Assembly: GCA_963758295.1 (NCBI GenBank)
Contig: CAVWUU010000004.1
Location: forward strand, 544,001 to 608,000
DNA length: 64,000 nt
Reading direction: 5' to 3'
Origin: Candidatus Eremiobacteria bacterium
GTDB taxonomy: Bacteria > Vulcanimicrobiota > Vulcanimicrobiia > Vulcanimicrobiales > Vulcanimicrobiaceae
Shown: in pieces, positions 8,422-22,179 of the stretch
Position numbering within the stretch: the first letter of the stretch is position 1
Layout of the letters: each line of letters opens with the position of its first letter
Made by a program: the position numbers and the translations under genes
The notes under the pieces: model-generated
Seen by the model: the letters and a program-made list of their open reading frames with translations, nothing else
Told to the model about the DNA's origin: nothing
Database searches by the model: none

Positions 8422-10569
8422 TTAAAAACCGGAAGCTGACTCGAGGCTTAAAAAAGTGCGAGCGAAGAGATCGGCGGGCAGCGGGTGGCCTAACGCGTAG
8501 CCCTGTGCGTACTCGCAGCCGATCTCGGTCATCACTTGGAGCTGCATCATGTTTTCGCAGCCTTCGGCGACGCAGGTCATGCCGAGTTCGGATGCCAAAC
8601 GGACGACGGTTGCAGCCACGGCCTTGGCTTTGGCGTCGACTTCGCTGCGCGTCACGAACGAACGGTCGATCTTCAACACGCCGGCCGGAACGTCGCGCAC
8701 GCGGCCGAGCGATGAACCGCCCGTGCCGAAGTCGTCGATCGCGGTATGCACGCCCATTTCGCGCAGGCGCTGCACGAGCGCGGAGACGTCGCGTTCGTCG
8801 CTCGCGATGATGTTTTCGTTGATTTCAACGAGGAGCGCATCGGCGGGAACGGCTGTGCGCTCGAGCAGCTCGGCAATGCGCTGCGCGCAATGGCGCGAGA
8901 GCGTTTGACGGCCGAAAAGGTTCACCCACACTCGGAAGTTGGGAATTTCGCGGCGCCATTCACCGGCTTGCAGCAGCGCTTGTTCCATGACGTCCCAGCC
9001 GACGTGTTCGCCGATGGACAAGCGTTCGAGCATATCGATGAAGCTTGCCGGCGAGACGATACCGCGATCCGGATGGATCCATCGGAGCAGCGCTTCGGCA
9101 CCAACGACTTGCCAGTCGCCGTGTTCCTGATCGTAGCGGAAAATCGGTTGGAAGAACGGCACGAGTTCGCGCTTTACAACCGCTTTATGAAGCTCGCCGA
9201 CGAGCGACGGACCGGTACCCGATTGCAGTTCCGGCGCGTACACCATCGAGCGCATCGGAGAAACCTTCGCTTTATCGAGCGCGAGATCGGCCTTGCGCAA
9301 CATGTCGTCGGCGGAGCCGGCGCGCACCATGCGTACCGCGCCCATCGAAACGGAAATGTAGATGCGGGACCCGTCGATTTCGAAGGGGACTTCGAAGAAC
9401 GCGCGCAGTTCCGACATGAGCGCGTGCGGACTGCGATCGTCCACGACGGAAATAGAGAATTCGTCGGCGCTTACGCGCGCGATAAAATGCGACGTTGGAA
9501 AACTGGCGCGCAACCGCACGGCCATGTCCTGCAGCACGCGGTCGACAGCGCTGCGGCCAACGCCCTGATTGAGCACGCGCATATCGTCGACATCGAGAAT
9601 CACGAGGACGACGGCGGAGTCACGATGCCGCTCGATCCATTCAACCAGACGATCGCGGTTCGGCAAGCCGGTGAGTTCGTCTACATACGCACGGCGCGAC
9701 AGACGGGCGAGCAGTTCCCACCGTTCGGTGGTGAGGCCGCCCAGCAGCAGCGCCATGAGTGACGATGCAATGAGGAATCCTTCGTACTCGGCGAGCGAGT
9801 TTGCGGGCATGCGGGCGCCGCTTTCGATAATGCCGTGCATGCCGGTCGCGGCGACGAATGCGGTGCTGATGCCGAGCACCGCTCCGCGCAAGCCGTACCG
9901 GATCGCTAGCCACGAAATCGTCACGAACGAAAAATCCAGCAGCGGTTGGTTCGTATAGAGCGAGATCACGATGCCGGCAATAACCAAAACGGCGGTCGCG
10001 ACCATGAATCCCGTCAGCTCGGCACGCGTTGGATCGGTATGTTCGGCGGGCGATTCGAGTTGACGCCATCCGGCGAACGTGACGATCGAGGGGACGATCG
10101 CAACGATCGGTGCCGGATACGAAAGCATAGCTTGCACGAACATCCGCAACGTGTCGCTCGACGAGAACAGGCCGAAGGCGCCGTAGATCGCCATCGTCAC
10201 GAAACCAGCGAGCAGCGGCGAAAGGATGCACACCACGCCGCAGAATATCGCGATCTCGCGTATTGTGCGTAGCGGCAACGCAATGCGCAGCTTCTGCCTC
10301 ACATACCACACGGCCGTCGCGAAAATCGCTGCAGTCGCGCTTTGCGCGAGAAGCACGGCCCAAACCGGCTGCACGCCATGGAATAGGAACCAGTGTGCCA
10401 GCGCCGCGAGCGGGATCAACGGAGCAAAGCGCCAGCCTAAGAACAGAAGCAGCAAGACGTCCAGTGCGGCGGGCGGCACCCACGGCGCCGCCTGCCACAA
10501 TAGCAAAAACCCGGCGCTCATAAGCGCCACGCGTCGCCATGACATGGCGGCTGGACCTAGACTACCCAC
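8422..10569 (-). CDS. MASE1-like membrane sensor + degenerate GGDEF + EAL c-di-GMP phosphodiesterase
   Basis: Multiple TM helices, DELTGLPNR, SADEF in place of GGDEF, AEALLRW, DDFGTG, LKIDRSF, VAEG.E. Confidence 0.9.
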   Translation of the reverse strand: MGSLGPAAMSWRRVALMSAGFLLLWQAAPWVPPAALDVLLLLFLGWRFAPLIPLAALAHWFLFHGVQPVWAVLLAQSATAAIFATAVWYVRQKLRIALPLRTIREIAIFCGVVCILSPLLAGFVTMAIYGAFGLFSSSDTLRMFVQAMLSYPAPIVAIVPSIVTFAGWRQLESPAEHTDPTRAELTGFMVATAVLVIAGIVISLYTNQPLLDFSFVTISWLAIRYGLRGAVLGISTAFVAATGMHGIIESGARMPANSLAEYEGFLIASSLMALLLGGLTTERWELLARLSRRAYVDELTGLPNRDRLVEWIERHRDSAVVLVILDVDDMRVLNQGVGRSAVDRVLQDMAVRLRASFPTSHFIARVSADEFSISVVDDRSPHALMSELRAFFEVPFEIDGSRIYISVSMGAVRMVRAGSADDMLRKADLALDKAKVSPMRSMVYAPELQSGTGPSLVGELHKAVVKRELVPFFQPIFRYDQEHGDWQVVGAEALLRWIHPDRGIVSPASFIDMLERLSIGEHVGWDVMEQALLQAGEWRREIPNFRVWVNLFGRQTLSRHCAQRIAELLERTAVPADALLVEINENIIASDERDVSALVQRLREMGVHTAIDDFGTGGSSLGRVRDVPAGVLKIDRSFVTRSEVDAKAKAVAATVVRLASELGMTCVAEGCENMMQLQVMTEIGCEYAQGYALGHPLPADLFARTFLSLESASGF

Positions 10570-10629
10570 GCGCCGCTACTTCCTCAGCCGTTCAATGAGC
10601 TCCCTTATTTGTACAGGAAGCTACACTGA

Positions 10630-11385
10630 TTACGGCTTCGCGAAGGAATCCTTCATGAGGGTCAGGTCGATCTTCGTACGCATGTAGCCCTCACCACGCG
10701 AGGCTTCTGCTGCTTCGTTCGTAATCGAGTCGGGAACCGACAGGTCGATGTCGTAGGAGATCCGTGAATCTTCGGTCATATCATCTTGCGTGCCGTCGAG
10801 CGACTTGATGTCGCGGTGTTCGTAAATCGTCGCCGGCTTGCCGTCGGCGTGCGCCGGCATCGAGAACGAGGTGACGACCTTCATCGTTTTGTCGTCCAGG
10901 CGGCGTTCCCAGTGGCCTTTGTCGTCGACGATCGACGGATCGTAGAAGTTGCGTCCGAGATGGGAAAGCAGCACGGCCATCGCATCCGTCGGCGCGTTCA
11001 CGGTGTCTGCGCACAGCACGCGGCTGTCGCCGTAAACGGCACAAGTCACCGGCGGACGTTGTCCGACGCGGCCTTCGGCGTTTTCTTGCGCGCGAATCAC
11101 CAAACCGCCGTCTTTCGCCACACCAACCACATCGATAACGACCGAGCCTTGCCGTCCGGCACTGCCTTGATACGAGATCACGCCGCTGCCGGTGGTGCCG
11201 ATGCCGCTGTCGTGGCCTTCGCCCGTCGTCGTGTAGGTGACGGCGAAGTGATACTCGAGATGGCGCAGCGACTGCACGAGCGCCGGCGAGGGAGACGAAG
11301 CGGTCGCAGGCGCAATCGCCGGCGTTTCCGCGGTAAATGCAAAAATCGCAGCGCTTGAAAGCGCCAATAGGACACCCTTATTCAT
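10630..11385 (-). CDS. Secreted hypothetical protein
   Basis: Signal peptide MNKGVLLALSSAAIFA; long ORF with host-like codon usage. Confidence 0.7.
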   Translation of the reverse strand: MNKGVLLALSSAAIFAFTAETPAIAPATASSPSPALVQSLRHLEYHFAVTYTTTGEGHDSGIGTTGSGVISYQGSAGRQGSVVIDVVGVAKDGGLVIRAQENAEGRVGQRPPVTCAVYGDSRVLCADTVNAPTDAMAVLLSHLGRNFYDPSIVDDKGHWERRLDDKTMKVVTSFSMPAHADGKPATIYEHRDIKSLDGTQDDMTEDSRISYDIDLSVPDSITNEAAEASRGEGYMRTKIDLTLMKDSFAKP

Positions 11386-11481
11386 GGCGCGGATGTTCTG
11401 AGCGGCCGGGTGGGCGTTCCTATCGACTGGGCCTTTATAACTACGCGCGGCCGCCACGACCTTTGCTTGCGCTCGCGCGCT

Positions 11482-11946
11482 TCAATCTTGAGCGCGCAGA
11501 TCTTTGGTCATGAGCGTGTGCTCGTCGTGAAAGCCGAAGCGCTCGTAAAGACGGCGTGCGCGCTGGTTCTTCTGTAACACGTTGAGCACGAGTAAATCGC
11601 AATCGCGCTCGCGCGACCATGCTTCTACCGCGGACATCAACGCGGCGCCGGCGCCAACGCCTTCCTGTGCGACCGCGATCTCTTCGAGTTTGGCGATGTC
11701 GCGCATCGTATACCAATCGCGAATCAAGGTCACCCACGCGAAGCCCGCCTGCGTACCGTCGTCTTGTACGGCGATAAGGAACGACGACCGGGCGCTGAGA
11801 TTGTCGAGCGCTTCCTCGAGTCTAAAGCGCGTGCCCGCAGCCACTTCGTCCGGCGTCCTCCACGAAGGAAGTTCTTCGATCGCGAAGCGCTTCGCGAGAC
11901 TCAAGACAAAGTGCCGGTCATCTTCCGTGGCGGGGCGGATCTGCAT
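11482..11946 (-). CDS. GNAT family N-acetyltransferase
   Basis: IRPAT start, QEGVGAGAALM, N..ARRLYERFGF. Confidence 0.9.
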   Translation of the reverse strand: MQIRPATEDDRHFVLSLAKRFAIEELPSWRTPDEVAAGTRFRLEEALDNLSARSSFLIAVQDDGTQAGFAWVTLIRDWYTMRDIAKLEEIAVAQEGVGAGAALMSAVEAWSRERDCDLLVLNVLQKNQRARRLYERFGFHDEHTLMTKDLRAQD

Positions 11947-12036
11947 GGTGGTTCCCTTTCAATCGAGCTTGGCAGCTTATTAGGCATGCGTCCGTCTGCC
12001 CTTAAAAAGCGCGCAGCTTAACACGATACTAACAAT

Positions 12037-13093
12037 ATGAGTACCCGCGGGCTCGTCGCTTCTTCTGCGAGTGATTTTTCATTTCTCGCAGCCGCGCTCG
12101 CAAGCGCGCAAGATGCCGTTTCGGTGCACGAATTTTGCGAGGGCGAAGCTTGGCCGTCGCGCTATGTGTATTTCAACGAGTACTTCTTGCATCACAGCGG
12201 GTTTTCGCGCGAAGAAATCGAGTCGGGTTCGACCCCGACGTTGCTTGGGCCGAGCCATGCACCGCGAGATGCTTCTAGGCGTTTTAGAAGACATGCGCGC
12301 CGGCATCGCGCGGCAATTCGAGGCACAGTTCTTCAAGAAAGACGGCACGCCGTATTGGGCGGAAGTTCGCTGCACTCCCCTTCGTGAAGCCGACGGCTTC
12401 GTCAAGCGCTACATCACCATTTGCCGCGATATCACCGAACGGCGCCAAGCCGAGGCCGAACGTCGCACGCTTTACCACGCGATCGATGAAACGGCCGATT
12501 TCGTCGTAATGTTCGATGGAACGCCACCGTCGCAAGGCGGTCCTTTCGTCACGTATGTAAACGGTGCATTTTTGTACGCGTGCGGATACGTTATGCACGA
12601 GGTTTTGGGGCGTCCATATACCGATCTCTTAGCCGGCACGAACGATGCAGCGACGCTCGGCAATATCCGCTGGAATACGGAGAACCTCCAGCGCAACGAC
12701 AAAGAGATTCAACTGCGACGTAAGGACGGTTCCACGTTCTGGGTCGAATTCACGAGTTCACCGGTTCGGGATTCCAACGGCGAAGCCGCGCATTGGATTG
12801 CCGTCGGCCGCGACATCACCGAGCGCCGGCGCACGTTAAAGCAGGGCGCGCTCCTTGCGCAAGCGTTCGATGCGCTCGGCGACGCCGTTACTCTGTACCG
12901 GATCGAAGACGGCGAACCCGTCGCATTCTTTCGAAACGAGGCCGCTGAAACGTCGGGCTACGAGGCCTCGGCGGAGCATCTGTTGCAGGCGATGGTCTCG
13001 CAAGAACGCCTCGATCTTTCCGACGGCGCCCGCATCACGCCGCTTCTAAGTATCAACGGCGTCGTCTCCGGGCTTTTGGTCGTTTCGCTTTAG
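12037..13093 (+). CDS. Tandem PAS-domain sensor protein, one frameshift near 12250
   Basis: The N-terminal frame (YVYFNEYFLHHSGFSREEI) joins the frame carrying KKDGTPYW...RDITERR and RRKDGSTFW...RDITERR. No output domain is visible. Confidence 0.8.
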
Positions 13094-14415
13094 TCGTTCG
13101 CGCGTGCGTCGCTGCCCGGCGTTGAGCCGCGTAACGCGTCGCGTATGCGGCGCAATTCCGTTGCGACGTGCCGGCGGTCGAACGCTGGAGTCCGTACCGT
13201 GACAAGCAGCGTGTGCGTATCGTCGATCCACGTAGCGGGATGAACGTTTTGATCCTTGCGCGTGAAGAGCGAGCGATGAAGGCGCACCGGCGGTGCGACG
13301 CGTTCTAGCTGCGCCGTGTGATGATCTAAGGTCGACTGAATTTCCGCCTCAGGCACGTCGCCGCTAAGGATTGCCGACATCGCGATGAGCGCGTCACCGA
13401 CTCGCCGCTTTACGACGTGCTCGGTTCGAATCGGAAAGACGAACCAAACGGCCGCGATCGCACACAGTGCGCCGACGACAATTGCGGCTAAGCGGATTGC
13501 GAAGAGCAGCATCGGTGCATCGGTATGCGTACCCTGAAGCAAGGCGAAGACTACGGTAACGCTTCCCGCCCAATAGCCGTAGTTGCGATCGCGCAGCACA
13601 AAGCCAACAAACAAGAACGCGAAAATTGCGCCGGCGTAGACGATGCCGTTCGGAAAGTGCACGCCGCCGACCAGGAGCGCCAGGAACGTGCCGCCTAAGG
13701 CACCCAGCAGGCGCAGAAGGCCTTTATAGATCGCGTCGCCGCGGCCGATGGCGCCGCTGCACACGATGAACGCCGTAAGCACGACCCATGGCCAGTGTTG
13801 GTGGAATACGAGCAGACCAAAGATAAACGCCAGTGCGAGGGCCGTTAGCATTTGCAGCGCCATGCGCGCGGGAACGCTGAGCCCGCTGCGCTCGCGCGTT
13901 CGCGATGGTAAATGTGGCTTGTGCGTTACTTCGTCGCGACCGATCGCGAACGATAAGAGCGCCGTAAACGAGTATGCGCAGACGCCGGCCAAAAGCGCGA
14001 GAAGCAGCGTTGCCGGCCAGCCACCTTCATTATCGATGCGGACCGGAACGATGAGGATTGCAAGGAACGGCAGCGCGATTGTGGCGCCGATCCGACGCCC
14101 GGCCTGACCGAAGTTGCGGAGCCAGACCGAGAGGGCGATGCAGCCGGTGAACAGCACGGCGCCGGCGACCGTCCACTTCAACAAGACGAAGCCGACGAGC
14201 GCCGCGCCAAGCGTGATAAACGGAAGCAGCGCCAATTTCGATCCGAACGACGGCCACGATAGCGGCTCGGGCCTGCGCATCAGCCCAAGTGACAGCGCCG
14301 CCGCTAGAATCGCCGGCGACGGCCCAACGTGCAGCGCGCTGCAAACGCCGTACATGGTGACGAAGCTTAGGATCACCGCGGCCATGGCCGCGACTCCACG
14401 TTTCATCGTGTGCAT
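13090..14415 (-). CDS. FUSC/aromatic acid exporter family membrane protein
   Basis: HWPWVVLTAFIV...KGLLRLLGALGGT and RLAAIVVG motifs; many TM segments. Confidence 0.8.
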   Translation of the reverse strand: MHTMKRGVAAMAAVILSFVTMYGVCSALHVGPSPAILAAALSLGLMRRPEPLSWPSFGSKLALLPFITLGAALVGFVLLKWTVAGAVLFTGCIALSVWLRNFGQAGRRIGATIALPFLAILIVPVRIDNEGGWPATLLLALLAGVCAYSFTALLSFAIGRDEVTHKPHLPSRTRERSGLSVPARMALQMLTALALAFIFGLLVFHQHWPWVVLTAFIVCSGAIGRGDAIYKGLLRLLGALGGTFLALLVGGVHFPNGIVYAGAIFAFLFVGFVLRDRNYGYWAGSVTVVFALLQGTHTDAPMLLFAIRLAAIVVGALCAIAAVWFVFPIRTEHVVKRRVGDALIAMSAILSGDVPEAEIQSTLDHHTAQLERVAPPVRLHRSLFTRKDQNVHPATWIDDTHTLLVTVRTPAFDRRHVATELRRIRDALRGSTPGSDARAND

Positions 14416-14472
14416 CTCGCTACGGGGTTCTCCGCCGCACCTATTTTGCTTTCGCTGCGGGCCGCACTACAT

Positions 14473-14507
14473 AAGAAAAAGGCCCGGCGGTAAAGCCGAG
14501 CCTTTTT
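14473..14507 (-). terminator. Rho-independent terminator after rpoB (possibly bidirectional)
   Basis: On the minus strand GGCTCGGC-TTTACC-GCCGGGCC followed by TTTTTCTT, with an A-tract on the other side. Confidence 0.8.
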
Positions 14508-14524
14508 CGTTGCGCGAGAGACTT

Positions 14525-18434
<3,910 letters not shown>

Positions 18435-18585
18435 TATTCTTTCTCTTGGACCTTTTAAAGAGGATTGCGCGCATATGTCCGTCGTCCGCGCACGCAAAAG
18501 AGGCCGAGCTCGTCTGACCCCCGGCCAAACAACCTCGCCCTTCTTCTATATACAGCGGCTTACGCGCCAACGGGCATAGGTGAAG

Positions 18586-18615
18586 AGTCTAACAGAGGCC
18601 CACCCAGGCCGTCAA
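18586..18615 (-). promoter_or_regulatory. Sigma70-type promoter of rpoB
   Basis: Minus strand TTGACG-18 nt-TAGACT with TGn extended -10, about 150 nt upstream of the ATG at 18434. Confidence 0.6.
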
Positions 18616-18817
18616 TGGGGCGCGGCGAACTGGCCCCGGGCGCGGGCTTCCGTGGGGTTGCGGATCATTCGGGGTAGGGACTTTCGGGGGCCCATCGCGT
18701 GAAATAGTACAAAATAAGGACTTAAGTAGTCTAAGAATCAAAACGGATTCGCAAAAAAAATGAGCAGACTTTCCCGCACGTCATCCGAACAAGAGACCGC
18801 TTATCCAGCATGCCGAC

Positions 18818-19341
18818 CTACATTTCAAGATCAGGCAGTCGTCCGACCTTGCTTGCTAACGTAATCGCTGTGGCCAGGTCCGACAAAGAAATCTTCCGAG
18901 GCGTGCTACGCACTGCGTGCCCCCAATGGCGCTTATTGGTGATGAAATCAAAGCATTGCGATACCGGAGCCAAGGCGATTGGGGACTCGAAATTATCCTA
19001 TCCGATAATTCCAGCTTCCGTTTGAATCGAGCCCGATCAAAATCTCGCAACAGCGGGTCATCACCATGCGCCACCGCTGTGTTTGACTGCACTGTTGCCG
19101 TGCCGCGAAGACCTAAGCCGTTTTGGTAAAACAACAGATAATCACCACTGCGTACCTTCATGTTCTCTCTTCGCAAATACCAGGTGCCCGCGCTCCAAAG
19201 CCTATCAAAGACCTCGCTGGCAGCAATCGCCCTGTCCGGTCCACTGCGTATATCGCCGAATGCGATCAGGTACGCGGCGCGACCTTCTTGTGCGTCAGAC
19301 TCGCAAAATGCCATATCGCTGTCAAGGCTGCTATTGATCAT
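18818..19341 (-). CDS. EVE (PUA-like) domain protein, one frameshift near 18992
   Basis: W...MKVRSGDYLLFYQNGLGLRGTATV. Restoring one T gives FESPIALAPVSQCFDFITNKRHWGHAVRSTPRKISLSDL...EM*. ATGA overlap with the methyltransferase stop. Confidence 0.6.
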
Positions 19342-21825
19342 TCCTCGTCATTGTCTTCCTCGTCGCCGCTCAGCGTTCCCATCCGCCAAGCCACATCGTA
19401 GGAACTTATGAATTCAGCGTGCTGCACCGACAAACCGTAAGCATCGACAAGTAGCTGGTCTACCTGGTCCAGCAGCGGCTTTGACGCCTTTATTCTAAAG
19501 CTTTGAACCTCGGTTTCTCCCGTCGTACGCTGGCGACGCGTCATGGTGACCGAATTATCGGCTAGATCCTTCATCAACTCTTCACCAAGGCGCTGAAGTC
19601 TCTCATCTTTAAGCGCACGCTGCGGCACCCGGAAACCATTTATATCGGAAGGGTTTAGGTCGCGCAGATTCGAGGTTATCGTGTACCACCACCAAAAAAC
19701 GTTTGACGCAAGCGCCGCAACGATTGCCGGCTTTTCGGAAAACTCCCGGCAATATAATACTTTCTGACGAGACGATACTGCTTTCTTGCCATTGATCCTG
19801 AATCTCGGCGGAAAGTCGGTGAACACTTTCCAGTACAGACCGCCGGTAGACTTATAGTATATCGGATTTATCCGGCCGCCAAGATGCCGTTCGAGTTCTG
19901 TGCCATTGCGGAACATCGCTTCAAGGATTTCCACTTCCACTTTCGACCGGAGCTTCGGAACCCAAAATGACGGCCTGCGAGTCTCCGTTTCGAAATAATG
20001 CATCGTTTGCAGCAACGTTTCGCGGCCCGTCGAAAGCCATCTCATGTAGCTGGTGGTAAATGTCCGGGAATTCGTAACGCCGTGACGGGCAACAATCAGT
20101 GTTATGGCCCTATTGACATTAGAAAATAAGGTTGCCGGGCGCCATGCGAAATTTGCATAGAGCGACATGCTACCTCGTTCGATTTCATTTTGGACAGTCG
20201 TCATGCGCTGAGTAGACACAACCGACATCGGCATAACAACTCCAATACTGCCGCCTGGACGCCTTAATTGCGTGAACCTCTCAACAAAGCAACCATGGAC
20301 CGTGCGGCTCGCACTTGCGCGGAAACCACCGAGCGGATAATCCACCTGACTAGCCTCTAAAAACGGTGGGTTTCCCAGCACAACGTCGAAGCCGCCGGCG
20401 TCTAAAACGGAAAAGAACTCCGTATACCAGTGGAATGGTTTTACACGAGCCACCCAACGATCAACGGCACCTCCGCCTTTCCCTCCAACACCGTGTGCTT
20501 CTGCTAGCCAGGCGTTCGCTTTATATGCAACGTCCTTCAACTTCACGGAAAGGGCTTGTTTTGATTCGGTAACTACCAGCGGTGATACGGTGATATCGAC
20601 TTGTACGTTACGGAACTTCTTAAACGCGGCAGCAGCTTCAACGGCTGCACTATCAATCTGTTTCCCCATCTCCTCAAAGTCGAGCCTCAGAGTTGCCGCT
20701 GCTTCTAACTCGCTGTGGCTTACAAAGCCCACCAAGCTGTTCCCGCATCTGATATTAAAGTCTAGATCAGGGAGCGGCTCGACGTGGCTCACGTCTTCCA
20801 ATTCGGAAACGAGTTTCAGGAATAGACGCAATTTGCATATTTCGACCGCCTCTTCCATTATGTCTACACCGAATAAATTGTTCAGGGCGATCGCTTTTAA
20901 GACGAAATACGATCGGATGGGATGCTGTTCAGCGTATTCCAGTGCCGACCTGAAGGCATTGTATCGCCCGTCGTCATTCGCTCCGCCGCTTTTTGAGCTC
21001 ACAATCGCAGCATCGTCGATTATCGCCTGCATAGCGTCGAGAGCGCTTTCGTACAATGGTTCTAAGATATTCATCGGCAGTCGAATAGGAAGGCTCCTGA
21101 TCCGCAAGCCGGATCTAGCACGGTAACGCGGTTAAGAGCATCCCACCATGCCTTCAGCTGGGTCTCATCGGACTGCTGGAGGACATCCTGTGCGAATTGA
21201 TTGATGTTTAAATTGGATTGAATAAGTGGCTCTATCGATTGAATGTCTCCGGAACTCAGCAACTGCTCTATCGCACTTGCACGCGCTCTTCGTTCCAGGA
21301 CATCGGACCACGTTTCGCCGCTGAGACCATACGCAAGATCAGCTTCATCATCGAGCCACCTCGGGCGAATAGTATTTCGCGAAGGGTCGTGGTCACGCGG
21401 CAGTGGCTTATCAATTCCATGCAACATTGCACCCGGCATGTATCTCCGCGGATCCGCTCTAAGCAGCCGCCATACCGAGCCGTCCCCCTCAAAAGCGCTC
21501 CTAGCCTTATCAGCAACCATATCGGAATGGTAGGCAAAAGCGAGCTTGCTGAGAGATATCCTGTTACGTCTTCTTTCGTATAGTAAGCGCCCATTTGCCG
21601 TTGATTGATGTAACGTTCAAAAATGTAACCTAGTACATCGGGATTAATTTCGTTTCCAGCCGTAATCGGGCGCTCATCGAGATGCCAATTCCATGCCTCG
21701 AAGAATTTAAATAGATTCTCAAATGCGACATCGGGTATAGCTATGTCGCCGTGCGCTAACTCGATTTGATGTCGTTGAAATAATCCGCCATTGAAGTATG
21801 GAATGTCGCCAATTTTTTTTGCGAC
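19338..21825 (-). pseudogene. Eco57I-like/type IIG restriction-modification N6-adenine methyltransferase, 5'-truncated, frameshifts near 21520 and 21080
   Basis: IPYFNGGLF, NPDVLGYIFE, GAYYT, VLDPACGSGAFL, NNLFGVDI..EAVEICKLRL, GNSL and GFDVVLGNPPF; visibly more AT-rich than the flanks. Confidence 0.85.
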
Positions 21826-22177
21826 ACCCGCCGCCGATACCAACGGTCATCTCTTCGTTACATCCAATTCCGGCACGATCTATAAATTTTCGACGAGCGG
21901 TTCGCTGTTGTCGTCGGTTAAACCCAATGCGTTTGAAACGGGAGCGCCGGCGATTGCGAGCGACGGGGCGATGTGGGTTTCGCTCGGCGTGGATATCCTT
22001 GGCAGCACCCAGCTTGCACGCTGGCGCACGGATGGGACGTTGGAACTGTACTACCTGCCGATTTACGATCCAACGGAGAGTATCACCGCTCCGGCAATTT
22101 CGGCAATCACCCGCGGGCCGGACGGAAACCTTTGGTATACGCGCGGCGCGTTCGTCGGAAAGATCACGGGGTACTAA
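21821..22177 (+). pseudogene. C-terminal fragment of a Vgb-lyase-like beta-propeller protein
   Basis: IASDGAMWV and ITRGPDGNLWYT repeats with no signal peptide or credible start; abuts the truncated methyltransferase. Confidence 0.7.
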
Positions 22178-22179
22178 GC

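Noticed and set aside
19338..21825. BREX PglX or DISARM assignment
   Set aside because: No partner genes (pglZ, brxC, drmA/B) are visible and the 5' context is lost.
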